Source: Myxococcales bacterium (lineage in GTDB: Bacteria > Myxococcota > Myxococcia > Myxococcales > Anaeromyxobacteraceae). From it: a stretch of 28,785 nt of DNA. Both the position numbers and the translations under genes were made by a program. Of the stretch, positions 1 to 8,393 are shown one piece after another (within the stretch, counting starts at the first letter, position 1; each line of letters opens with the position of its first letter). Where the stretch lies: NCBI GenBank assembly GCA_021848865.1, contig JAJZTO010000001.1, positions 1 to 28,785 of the forward strand. The letters are read 5' to 3'. The notes under the pieces are model-generated. The model was not told where the DNA came from. It searched no databases and saw nothing but the letters and a program-made list of their open reading frames with translations.

Positions 1-1
1 G

Positions 2-616
2 GGGCGGATGACGGGAGAGCTGGAACGGGCGCGCGCCGCGGTGGAGCGTGCCCGGCGCGGCGCTCGCGTGGCCCTCGTCTCCTCGGGAGACGCCGGCATC
101 TACGGCATGGCGAGCCTCGCCCTCGAGGTCCTGCGCGAGGCCGGCTGGCGCCGCGGCACGCCGCCGGAGGTGACGGTGGTGCCCGGCGTGACGGCCCTCT
201 CGGCGGCCGCCTCCCTGGTCGGCGCGCCGCTCGGCCACGACTTCTGCGCCGTGTCCCTCTCCGACCTGCTCACGCCGTGGGAGGTGATCGCGCGCCGGCT
301 GGAGGCCGCGGCCATGGCCGACTTCGTCGTCGCCCTCTACAACCCGGCGAGCACGCGGCGGCGCCGACCGCTCGACGGCGCGCGCCAGATCCTGCTGCGG
401 CACCGCGCCGGCTCGACGCCGGTGGCGGTGGTCTCGGACGCCTATCGCGAGGGCGGGCGCCACGCGCTCACCGACCTCGACCACCTCCTCGACCAGGAGA
501 TCGGGATGACGACCACCCTCCTGGTCGGCTCGAGCCGGAGCTACGTCTTCGAGGGCCTGCTCGTCACCCCGCGCGGCTACGGTGACAAGTACGGCTGGAA
601 GGAGGACGCCCGGTGA
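2..616 (+). CDS. cobJ: Precorrin-3B C17-methyltransferase (CobJ/CbiH), 5'-truncated by window edge
   Basis: Motifs VALVSSGDAGIYGMA, VVPGVTA, APLGHDFCAVSLSDLLTPWEVI, VALYNP and VTPRGY. The frame is open back to base 2, and the ATG at 8 corresponds to the internal 'MT.E.ERA' motif, so the true start probably lies upstream. Stop TGA 614-616 overlaps the next GTG. Confidence 0.93.
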   Translation, partial: GRMTGELERARAAVERARRGARVALVSSGDAGIYGMASLALEVLREAGWRRGTPPEVTVVPGVTALSAAASLVGAPLGHDFCAVSLSDLLTPWEVIARRLEAAAMADFVVALYNPASTRRRRPLDGARQILLRHRAGSTPVAVVSDAYREGGRHALTDLDHLLDQEIGMTTTLLVGSSRSYVFEGLLVTPRGYGDKYGWKEDAR

Positions 617-1389
617 CGGTCCACTTCGTCGGAGCCGGCCCCGGTGCGCCGGACCTCCTCACGCTGCGCGCCGCGGATCTCATCGCTTCGGCGCCGGTCG
701 TCCTGTACGCCGGATCCCTGGTCCCGCCGGTGGTCGTCGCCCGCGCGCGCCCCGGCGCCGAGGTGCGCGACACGTCCGGCATGACGCTCGACGAGATCGT
801 CGAGCGCATGGCGGCGGCGCACCGAGCCCACCAGGACGTCGCCCGCGTCCACACCGGCGACCCGTGCCTGTTCGGCGCCATCGCGGAACAGATGCGCCGC
901 CTGGAAGCTCTGGGAATCCCCTACGACGTGGTCCCCGGCGTGTCCTCTTTCACCGCCGCGGCCGCCGCCCTGAAGCTGGAGCTCACCGTGCCCGGCGTCT
1001 CGCAAGCGGTGATCATCGCCCGCGCGCCGGGGCGCACCCCGGTACCCGACGGACAGCGGCTCGAGGAGTTGGCCCGCCACGGCGCGACACTGGCGCTGTT
1101 CCTGTCCGCCGGCTTGGTGGAGGAGGTGGTGGCGGCGCTCCTGCCGTCGTACGGCCCCGGCTGCCCGGTGGCGGTCGTGCACCGGGCGAGCTGGCCCGAC
1201 CAGCGGGTCTACCGCGGGACGCTCGCGAGCATCGCGGCCGAGCTCCGCCCGGCCGGCGTGGGGGCGACGGCGATGATCCTCGTCGGCCCCGCGCTGACCG
1301 CCCGGGACTTCCCCGACTCGCGCCTGTACGCGGCCGGCTTCGCCCACGGCTGCCGCCCGGCCCGCCTGCGCCCCGAGGAGTCGCCGTGA
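613..1389 (+). CDS. cobM: Precorrin-4 C11-methyltransferase (CobM/CbiF)
   Basis: HFVGAGPGAPDLLTLRA, VLYAGSLV, VARVHTGDPCLFGAIAEQM, VVPGVSSF, VVHRASWPDQ and SRLY..GF.H motifs; GTGA coupling at both ends. Confidence 0.95.
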   Translation: MTVHFVGAGPGAPDLLTLRAADLIASAPVVLYAGSLVPPVVVARARPGAEVRDTSGMTLDEIVERMAAAHRAHQDVARVHTGDPCLFGAIAEQMRRLEALGIPYDVVPGVSSFTAAAAALKLELTVPGVSQAVIIARAPGRTPVPDGQRLEELARHGATLALFLSAGLVEEVVAALLPSYGPGCPVAVVHRASWPDQRVYRGTLASIAAELRPAGVGATAMILVGPALTARDFPDSRLYAAGFAHGCRPARLRPEESP

Positions 1390-2744
1390 GCGCCGGCCGC
1401 CTCCGGATCGCCGTGACCGGCTCGGCCGGCGTGGGCAAGACCACGCTGGTCGAGGCGCTCGCGCCCGCGCTCGGGCTCTCGATCATCCCGGAGGAGACGC
1501 GGGCGCACTTCGAGCACGGCGGGCGCCTGCTCTCCGCCACGCCGCCGGGCGAGGTCGCCCCGGCCGTGGAGCGGCTCTGGGAGGACCGGCGGCGGACCGA
1601 GGCGCGGCTCACCTCGTTCGTCGCGGACAACTGCAGCCTCGACTTCCCGGCCTATGCCCTCCACCACGGGGCCACCGACGAGGTCCGGGTGGCCCGGCTC
1701 CTGGAGGAGGCCCAGGCGTCGTGCGCCGGATACGATGCCATCCTCCTCCTGCCCTGGAGTGCCATCCCGTACCGGCGCGACGGCGTCCGCGCCGACGCGC
1801 CGCTGGCGGAGCTCCGGTACCAGCTGGTCCTGGAGTCCCTCCTCGCCCGCCACGCCGACCCGCTCCGTGTCCACCGGCTTCCCGCCACCTGCTCCTCCCG
1901 GGAGGCCCGGCTCGCCTGGGCGTTCGAGCGGGTCACCGCGGCGCGCGCTCGACGCGCCGGCGCGCCGGACCGCCTCGGAGCGGGTCCCGAGCGGCGCGGA
2001 TTCGTGCACCTCGTCGGCGCCGGCCCGGGCGACCCCGGGCTGCTCACGCTGCGGGCGCTCGATCTCCTTCGCACCGCCGAGGTGGTAGCCCACGACGAGC
2101 TCGTCCCCGCCCCGGTCCTGGCCCTCGCCGGACCGCGAGCGGAGCTCATCCCGGTGGGACGCCGCCACCACGGCTCGTCGCGCCACCCGCTTCGGCTCCA
2201 TCCGGCGGTGCTGGAGCGAGCCGCCGCGGGCAAGGTGGTGGTGCGCCTCAAGTGCGGGGACCCGCTGGTCTTCGGGCGAGGCGGCGAGGAGGCCGAGGAG
2301 CTGACCGAGGCGGGCATCCCCTGGGACGTCGTCCCCGGCATCTCCGCGGCGCTCGGCGCGGCCGCGAGCGCCCACATCCCGCTCACGCACCGCGAGCTGA
2401 GCTCGGACGTCACCTTCGCCACGGGCCACGATCTCGGCTGCGGCCGCGCGAGCCGGAGCGACTGGCCCAAGCTGGCCGGGGGCGGCACGCTCGTGCTGTA
2501 CATGGCCTCGCGCGCGCTGGGGCCGAACCTGGCGCGGCTCGTCTCGCTGGGGCGATCCGCCTCGACCCCCGCGGCGTGGATTGCCAACGCCACCCGGCCC
2601 GACGAGCAGGTGGTCACCGGCACCCTGGGCGATCTCGCCGCGAAGGTGGCGGGCGCACCGGGCGACGGCCCGGCCCTGCTCGTGGTGGGCGAGGTGGTCT
2701 CGGTCCGCGAGAAGCTCGCCGCAGCCTCCCGAGGTCGGCCGTGA
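1386..2744 (+). CDS. cobA: Fusion protein: N-terminal NadR/AAA_28-type P-loop ATPase/kinase-like domain (~1404-1934) plus C-terminal uroporphyrinogen-III C-methyltransferase (CobA/SUMT, ~1995-2744), 452 aa
   Basis: GTG at 1386 overlaps the cobM stop. N-terminal part: IAVTGSAGVGKTT (Walker A), PEETR, FVADNCSLD, YDAILLLPW..IPY..DGVR. C-terminal part: VHLVGAGPGDPGLLTLRA, VVRLKCGDPLVFGRGGEE, VVPGISAA, PLTHR, TLVLYM. One continuous frame with no stop between the domains. Confidence 0.88.
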   Translation: MSAGRLRIAVTGSAGVGKTTLVEALAPALGLSIIPEETRAHFEHGGRLLSATPPGEVAPAVERLWEDRRRTEARLTSFVADNCSLDFPAYALHHGATDEVRVARLLEEAQASCAGYDAILLLPWSAIPYRRDGVRADAPLAELRYQLVLESLLARHADPLRVHRLPATCSSREARLAWAFERVTAARARRAGAPDRLGAGPERRGFVHLVGAGPGDPGLLTLRALDLLRTAEVVAHDELVPAPVLALAGPRAELIPVGRRHHGSSRHPLRLHPAVLERAAAGKVVVRLKCGDPLVFGRGGEEAEELTEAGIPWDVVPGISAALGAAASAHIPLTHRELSSDVTFATGHDLGCGRASRSDWPKLAGGGTLVLYMASRALGPNLARLVSLGRSASTPAAWIANATRPDEQVVTGTLGDLAAKVAGAPGDGPALLVVGEVVSVREKLAAASRGRP

Positions 2745-3265
2745 GCGCGCCGGAAGGGCTCCTGATCGTCTACACCGGCGACGGCAAGGGGAAGACGACC
2801 GCCGCGCTCGGGCTCGCCTTCCGCGCCCTCGGGCACGGGCTTCCGGTCGCCTGCGTCCAGTTCATCAAGGGGCGCTGGAAGACCGGGGAGCGGCTCTTCG
2901 CGGCCCATTTCTCCCGGCTCACGTTCCTGTGCATGGGCGAGGGCTTCACCTGGGAGGGCGGCGGACCGGAGGTGCACGCGGCCGCCGCCCGGGCCGCCTG
3001 GAGCCGCGCCCGAGCGCTCCTCGCCGCCGGCGAGCACCGGCTGGTGATCCTCGACGAGCTCACGCACGTGATCCGCCACGGGTTCGTGCCGGAGGCGGAG
3101 GTGCTCTCGGCGCTCGCCAGCAGGCCGCCGGGGATCACGGCCGTCGTGACCGGGCGCGGTGCACCGCCCGCGCTTCTCGCCGCCGCCGACCTCGCCACCG
3201 AGATGCGCGCCCTCCGCCATCCCTTCGAGCACGGGGCCGGCGCCGTGCGGGGGATCGACTTCTGA
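2741..3265 (+). CDS. cobO: Cob(I)yrinic acid a,c-diamide adenosyltransferase (CobO/BtuR)
   Basis: VYTGDGKGKTTAALG, VQFIKG, MGEGFTW, LVILDEL, VVTGR, ADLATEM...HPF and C-terminal GIDF; GTG at 2741 overlaps the upstream TGA. Confidence 0.95.
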   Translation: MSAPEGLLIVYTGDGKGKTTAALGLAFRALGHGLPVACVQFIKGRWKTGERLFAAHFSRLTFLCMGEGFTWEGGGPEVHAAAARAAWSRARALLAAGEHRLVILDELTHVIRHGFVPEAEVLSALASRPPGITAVVTGRGAPPALLAAADLATEMRALRHPFEHGAGAVRGIDF

Positions 3266-3267
3266 CC

Positions 3268-4641
3268 ATGGCCAGGGTCCTCTCCATCCCCCGGCTCGTC
3301 GTCGCCGCCGCGTCGAGCGGATCCGGCAAGACCACGGTCGCGGTGGCGCTCGCCCGCGCCCTGCGCGCGCGCGGACTGTGCGTGGCGCCGTTCAAGTGCG
3401 GGCCCGACTACCTCGATCCCACCTACCACGCCCGCGCCGCGGGCCGGCCCTCGCACAACCTGGACGGCTGGATGATGGGACGCGAAGCCTGCCTCGCCAC
3501 GTTCGCGCGCGCCAGCGCCGGCGCCGACGTGGCGCTGGTCGAGGGCGTCATGGGGATGTACGACGGGGCGTCCCCCGTCTCCGAGGAAGGCTCCACGGCC
3601 GAGCTGGCGAAGTGGCTCGACGCTCCGGTGGTGGCCGTCCTCGACGCCTCGGGGATGGCGCGGACCGTCGCCGCGGTGGCGCAGGGGCTCGCAGGCTTCG
3701 ACCCGGCGGTGCGCCTCGGCGGCGTGATCTGCAACCGGGTCGGGGGCGCGCGCCACCTCGCCCTGCTTCGCGAGGCGCTCGGCGCGCCGCCGGTGCTGGG
3801 CGGCTTCTTGGATCGGCCGGACCTCGCCTTCCCGGAGCGCCACCTCGGGCTGCGCACGGCGGACCCAGGCTCGGCGCCGGAGGCCCGGTTCGCCGCCTGG
3901 GGAGCGGCGGCGGAAGACGGGCTCGACGTCGATGCCCTGCTGGCCCTGGCGCGGGGCGCGCCGCCGCTCGACGCGCCCGGTGCGCCGAGCAGGTCTATCC
4001 CGCCGCGCTGCCGGATCGGGATCGCCTTCGACGAGGCGTTCCATTTCTACTACGAGGACAACCTGGCGCGGCTCGAGGCGCTGGGCGCCCGCCTGGTCCG
4101 GTTCTCGCCGCTCCACGACGCGGCGCTCCCGGAGGTGGACGGACTCTATCTCGGCGGCGGCTACCCGGAGGAGCACGCCGCCACCCTCTCCGCCAACCTG
4201 GACATGCACCGGGCGCTCCGTGCCTTCGCTGCGAGCGGACGGCCCGTGTACGCCGAGTGCGGCGGCCTGATGGCCCTCTGCGAGGCGATCCGCACCCGCC
4301 AGGGCGCCATCTTCCCGATGGCGGGCCTGCTCCCCGGGACGGCGGTCATGCAGGACCGGCTGGCCGCGCTCGGCTACGTCGAGGTCGAGACCCGCGCCGC
4401 GACGCCGCTCGGCCCCGCCGGACTGCGGCTCCGCGGGCATCAGTTCCGCTACTCGGAGCTGCGTGACGTCCCCGACGACGTCCCGCGCGCCTACGCGCTC
4501 CAGGGCCGCCGCGGCAGCCCGCCCGCGCTCGAAGGCTACGCTCGCGGCGGCGTGCTCGGCTCGTACGTCCACGTCCACTTCGCCTCCTGCGCGGGCGCCG
4601 CGGCGGGGTTCGTGGAGAGCTGCGTCCGGAGGCGCGGGTGA
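3268..4641 (+). CDS. cobB: Cobyrinate a,c-diamide synthase (CobB/CbiA)
   Basis: SGSGKTTV, FKCGPDYLDP, HNLDGW, EGVMGMYDG, GVICNRV, AFDEAFHFYY, YLGGGYPE, YAECGGLM and SYVHVHF; ATG 2 nt after the cobO stop. Confidence 0.95.
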   Translation: MARVLSIPRLVVAAASSGSGKTTVAVALARALRARGLCVAPFKCGPDYLDPTYHARAAGRPSHNLDGWMMGREACLATFARASAGADVALVEGVMGMYDGASPVSEEGSTAELAKWLDAPVVAVLDASGMARTVAAVAQGLAGFDPAVRLGGVICNRVGGARHLALLREALGAPPVLGGFLDRPDLAFPERHLGLRTADPGSAPEARFAAWGAAAEDGLDVDALLALARGAPPLDAPGAPSRSIPPRCRIGIAFDEAFHFYYEDNLARLEALGARLVRFSPLHDAALPEVDGLYLGGGYPEEHAATLSANLDMHRALRAFAASGRPVYAECGGLMALCEAIRTRQGAIFPMAGLLPGTAVMQDRLAALGYVEVETRAATPLGPAGLRLRGHQFRYSELRDVPDDVPRAYALQGRRGSPPALEGYARGGVLGSYVHVHFASCAGAAAGFVESCVRRRG

Positions 4642-5345
4642 CGCGGCGGCACCTCCCGCCCGTCGAGTTGCGAGAGCGGCAGCTGGTCGTCCGGCTCGGC
4701 GGACCGCATGCCGTCCTCTCCTGGGCGCTCGTGAACGGGGGCCGGCAGGACGCGAGCGAGGTCGTCTGGGCCGAGGTGCGCGACGGCGAGCTGCGTCCAC
4801 CCGTCGATGCGGCGGCGCTCCTGCGGGCGCGGCTCGCGGAGGCGGGCCTTCCCGAGGCGGTCGGCCTCCTCACGAGCCGCGCGCTCTCGCGCTACGTCTC
4901 GGTCGAGCGGCAGGCAGGTGACGCGATCGCGCGGTGCGTCGCGACGGTCGGCCTGGGCAACCTGCTCCGCGCCGGCGACCCGGTGAGTCGTTCCCGGGTC
5001 GGGACGATCAACCTCGTCTGCCAGCTCTCCTTCGCGCTCTCCGAGCTGGCGCTGGTCGAGGCGCTGTCGATCGCGACCGAGGCCCGCAGCGCCGCCGTGC
5101 TCGAGGCGGGGCTGCCCAGTGCCGCCAGCGGCGCCCCGGCGACGGGCACCGGCACCGACTGCATCGTCGTCGCCGCTCCGGCCGCCGCTGGCGGCGCGCC
5201 GTACGCCGGCAAGCACACCCTCGCCGGTCACCTGATCGGCGCCACCGTCCTGGAGGCGGTCCGCCGTGGAGTGGCGGGCTGGCTCCTGGAACACCCCGCA
5301 GCGTTCACCCGTACCCGGAACACCAGACCACGAGCCTGGCCATGA
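4638..5345 (+). CDS. cbiZ: Adenosylcobinamide amidohydrolase (CbiZ)
   Basis: LSWALVNGG, VGLLTS, ATVGLGN, GTIN, LVEALSIATEAR, ATGTGTDCIVV and YAGKHT..G..IG are CbiZ-family motifs; GTGA and ATGA coupling to cobB and cobT. Confidence 0.88.
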   Translation: MTRRHLPPVELRERQLVVRLGGPHAVLSWALVNGGRQDASEVVWAEVRDGELRPPVDAAALLRARLAEAGLPEAVGLLTSRALSRYVSVERQAGDAIARCVATVGLGNLLRAGDPVSRSRVGTINLVCQLSFALSELALVEALSIATEARSAAVLEAGLPSAASGAPATGTGTDCIVVAAPAAAGGAPYAGKHTLAGHLIGATVLEAVRRGVAGWLLEHPAAFTRTRNTRPRAWP

Positions 5346-6397
5346 CCCTCCTCGAGAAGACCCTCGCCGCCATCCCCGAGCCCGACCTTGCCGCCGCACG
5401 CGAGGCCCAGGCGCGCCTCGACCAGAAGACCAAGCCGCCCCGCAGCCTGGGCAAGCTCGAGGACCTGGCCTGCGCGCTCGCCGCGATCCGCGGCACCGCC
5501 GACCTCGAGCTCCCCCGCAAGGCCGTCGTGGTGATGGCCGGCGACCACGGCGTGGCCGAGGAGGGGGTCAGCGCCTTCCCCCAGGAGGTCACGGCGCAGA
5601 TGGTGCTCAACTTCGCGGCGGGCGGGGCGGGCATCAACGTCATCGCCCGTCAGGCCGGGGCCGAGGTGCTCGTCGTCGACATGGGAGTGAAGTCCCCGCT
5701 GCCGGAGAGCCCGGCCATCCGCTCGGTCCGGGTGGCGCCCGGGACGGCCAACCTGGCCCGCGGTCCGGCGATGACGCGCATCCAGGCCACCGCGGCCCTC
5801 GAGGCCGGGATCGCCATCGCGAACGAACTCGCCGACCGCGGCAGGACGCTCCTCGCCATCGGCGAAATGGGGATCGCGAACACCACGCCGGCGAGCGCCC
5901 TCACCGCCGCCTTCACCGGACGCCCCCCGGCGGAGGTCACCGGCCGCGGCACCGGCATCGACGACCAGGCCCACCGGCGCAAGGTCGAGGTGATCGCCCG
6001 CGCGCTGCGCGTGAACCGGCCGGATCCGGCCGATCCCCTCGGCGTGCTGGCCGCGCTCGGCGGGCTGGAGATCGCCGGGCTGGCGGGCGTGGTGCTGGGC
6101 GCCGCGGCCCGGCGCGTGCCGGTGCTGACGGACGGCTTCATCGCCACCTCTGCCGCCCTCTGCGCGGTCCGCCTCGCGCCGCGCGCCGGCTTCGCCGTCC
6201 TCGCCTCTCACCGGTCGGTGGAGGCCGGTCACCGGCACCTCCTCGCCGCCCTCGGGAAGGAGCCGCTCTTCGACCTCGATCTCCGTCTCGGCGAGGGAAC
6301 CGGCGCGGCGCTCGCGATGCACCTCGTCGAGGCCTCGGTGCGCGTCCTGCGCGAGATGGCCACCTTCGCCTCGGCCGGCGTCAGCGGCAAGGACTAG
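5342..6397 (+). CDS. cobT: Nicotinate-nucleotide--dimethylbenzimidazole phosphoribosyltransferase (CobT)
   Basis: KTKPPRSLGKLE, AGDHGV..EGVSAFPQEVT, GEMGIANTT, GRGTG, LGGLEI, DGFI, SHRSVE.GH and LRLGEGTGA; ATG 5342 overlaps the cbiZ stop. Confidence 0.96.
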   Translation: MTLLEKTLAAIPEPDLAAAREAQARLDQKTKPPRSLGKLEDLACALAAIRGTADLELPRKAVVVMAGDHGVAEEGVSAFPQEVTAQMVLNFAAGGAGINVIARQAGAEVLVVDMGVKSPLPESPAIRSVRVAPGTANLARGPAMTRIQATAALEAGIAIANELADRGRTLLAIGEMGIANTTPASALTAAFTGRPPAEVTGRGTGIDDQAHRRKVEVIARALRVNRPDPADPLGVLAALGGLEIAGLAGVVLGAAARRVPVLTDGFIATSAALCAVRLAPRAGFAVLASHRSVEAGHRHLLAALGKEPLFDLDLRLGEGTGAALAMHLVEASVRVLREMATFASAGVSGKD

Positions 6398-6403
6398 GGC
6401 GAC

Positions 6404-7333
6404 GTGGCCCGGCTCGCCGCCACCGTCGCGCTCGCCTTCGCGATCGATCTCGCGCTGGGAGAGTTCCCGGCCCCGCTCCACCCGGTGGTCTGGATGGGCC
6501 GCCTCCTCTCGCTGCTGGAGCGGGCGGCCCCGGCCGCCGGCCGCACCCGCCAGCTGGCCTGGGGCGCGCTGGTGGCGGTGTGCGTACCGGGGCTGTTCGC
6601 GGCGGCCGCGCTGGCGCTCGCCTCCGCGACCCGCCGGCTGGGCTGGGCCGGCGTGCCGCTCGACGCGCTGGCGCTCAAGTCGACGTTCGCGCTCCGCGCG
6701 CTCGGCGAGGCCGGCCGGTGCGTCCGCGACGCGCTGCGGGCGGGAGACCTCGGACGGGCGCGCGACGGGCTGCGCTCGCTCTGCAGCCGCGACCCGTCGC
6801 GGCTCGGTCCACGAGAGCTCGCCGCGGGTGCCGTCGAGTCGCTGGCCGAGAACGCGTCCGACAGCGTCGTCGCACCGCTGTTCTGGTTCGCGCTCCTCGG
6901 CCTCCCCGGCGCCTTCGCCTGCCGGGCGGTCAACACGCTCGACGCGCGCATCGGGTATCACGGCTCGTTCGAGTGGCTGGGCAAGCCGGCGGCCCGGCTC
7001 GACGACCTGTGGAACCTCGTCCCGGCGCGCCTCACCGCGGTCCTGCTCCTCGCCGCCGGCCTCCTCCTCCGGGCCGACGCGCGTGGCGGCGTCCGTGTGC
7101 TCCTGCGGGACGGTGGCGCCACCGAAAGCCCCAACGCCGGCCGTCCCATGGCCGCCATGGCCGGCCTCCTCGGAGTGGCGCTCGAGAAGCCTGGCCACTA
7201 CCAGCTGGGCCGCGAGGGGAGCCCGCCGAGCGCCGAGAGCATCGGGGCCGCCTGGCGCATCGTCCGCGTCGCCGCGCTCCTGGCCGCCGTCCTGTCGATC
7301 GTCCTCCCGGGAGGCCTGCGTGGCGGGCTCTAG
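6404..7333 (+). CDS. cbiB: Adenosylcobinamide-phosphate synthase (CbiB; CobD in the aerobic nomenclature), membrane protein
   Basis: DLALGE...[57 protein letters not shown] and [20 protein letters not shown]; hydrophobic helices. Confidence 0.94.
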   Translation: MARLAATVALAFAIDLALGEFPAPLHPVVWMGRLLSLLERAAPAAGRTRQLAWGALVAVCVPGLFAAAALALASATRRLGWAGVPLDALALKSTFALRALGEAGRCVRDALRAGDLGRARDGLRSLCSRDPSRLGPRELAAGAVESLAENASDSVVAPLFWFALLGLPGAFACRAVNTLDARIGYHGSFEWLGKPAARLDDLWNLVPARLTAVLLLAAGLLLRADARGGVRVLLRDGGATESPNAGRPMAAMAGLLGVALEKPGHYQLGREGSPPSAESIGAAWRIVRVAALLAAVLSIVLPGGLRGGL

Positions 7334-8393
7334 CCGGAGGGCGCCGGCCTTCCGCCACCACGGCGGCGCGCTCGCGGCCGAGCTGGAGGCGCTCGCCCTC
7401 GGGCCGGACGACGTGCTCGACTTCAGCGTCAACGTGAATCCGTACGGGCCCTGTCCGGAGGTGCTGGCGGCGGTCCGGAGCGCACCGGTGCACCGCTACC
7501 CCGACCCGAGCGCGCTGGCGGTGCGGCGCGGCGTGTCCGCCGCCACGGGCGCGCACCCGGACGAGGTGGTGTTCGGCGCCGGCGCGGCCGACCTGCTCTG
7601 GACGGTCTGCCGCGCGCTCTTCGCCGGCGGAGGCACCGCGCTGGCGGTCGAGCCTTCGTTCTCGGAGTTCGGCGCCGCCGCCGATGCCGCGGGAGCGCGG
7701 CTCGTCCGGTGGACCGCGCGCGCCGAGGACGCCTTCGCGCCCGACCTCGACGGGGTCGCGGCGGCGGCGCGGCGCGAGCAGGCGGACGCCGTCTACCTCT
7801 GCGCCCCCACCACGCCCGTCGGAGCGCCCGTCCCCCTCGCCGCGGTGCGCACGCTCGCGCAGCGGCTCCCCGCCACGATCGTGATCCTGGACGAGTCCTT
7901 CCTCTCCCTCTCGGACGGGGCGGAGGAGTCGGCGCTCTCGCTTCCCGCGAACGTCGTCCGGCTGCGGTCCATGACGAAGGAGCACGCCATCCCCGGGCTG
8001 CGCGCGGGGTACCTGCTCGCCCCCGCCCCGCTCGCCCGGGCCGTCGAGGTTTCGCGGCCGGCCTGGAGCACCAGCAGCGTCGCGCAGGCCGCCGCGCTGG
8101 CGGCCCTGGGCGCGAGCGCGTTCGTCAGCGCGTCGCGCGAGCGGCTCCGCGCGGACCGGGAGGCGACCGCCACCAGCCTCCGCGCCCTCGGGCTCGCCCC
8201 CCTCTTCTCGGTCGCGCCCTACCTTGTGTTCCGCGCCGACGACGCCGCCGCCCTGCTCTTCGGCGTGCTCCCCCGCTCCGATCTGGTCCGCGACTGCGCT
8301 TCCTTCGGCCTCGCCGGCTTCGTCCGCGTGGCCGCGCGCCCCACCGCCGAGCGGGAGCAGCTCGTGGACGCGCTCGCGAAGGAGCTGGGATGA
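7320..8393 (+). CDS. cobD: PLP-dependent threonine-phosphate decarboxylase-like (CobD/CobC-type class I/II aminotransferase fold)
   Basis: HGG...[36 protein letters not shown] (PLP lysine) and LVRDCASFG; GTG at 7320 with GGGAGG at 7309-7314; position between cbiB and cobQ. Confidence 0.85.
   Translation: MAGSSRRAPAFRHHGGALAAELEALALGPDDVLDFSVNVNPYGPCPEVLAAVRSAPVHRYPDPSALAVRRGVSAATGAHPDEVVFGAGAADLLWTVCRALFAGGGTALAVEPSFSEFGAAADAAGARLVRWTARAEDAFAPDLDGVAAAARREQADAVYLCAPTTPVGAPVPLAAVRTLAQRLPATIVILDESFLSLSDGAEESALSLPANVVRLRSMTKEHAIPGLRAGYLLAPAPLARAVEVSRPAWSTSSVAQAAALAALGASAFVSASRERLRADREATATSLRALGLAPLFSVAPYLVFRADDAAALLFGVLPRSDLVRDCASFGLAGFVRVAARPTAEREQLVDALAKELG

Noticed and set aside
582-1385. Longer 5' extension of the fusion ORF (720 aa from 582) and similar extensions of cobO, cobB, cobT, cobD, cobQ, cobS, cobU, cbiR, ALDH and the permeases
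   Set aside because: The extensions overlap genuine upstream genes in another frame and read as Arg/Pro-rich nonsense. Internal starts with SD sites or stop/start overlaps fit much better.
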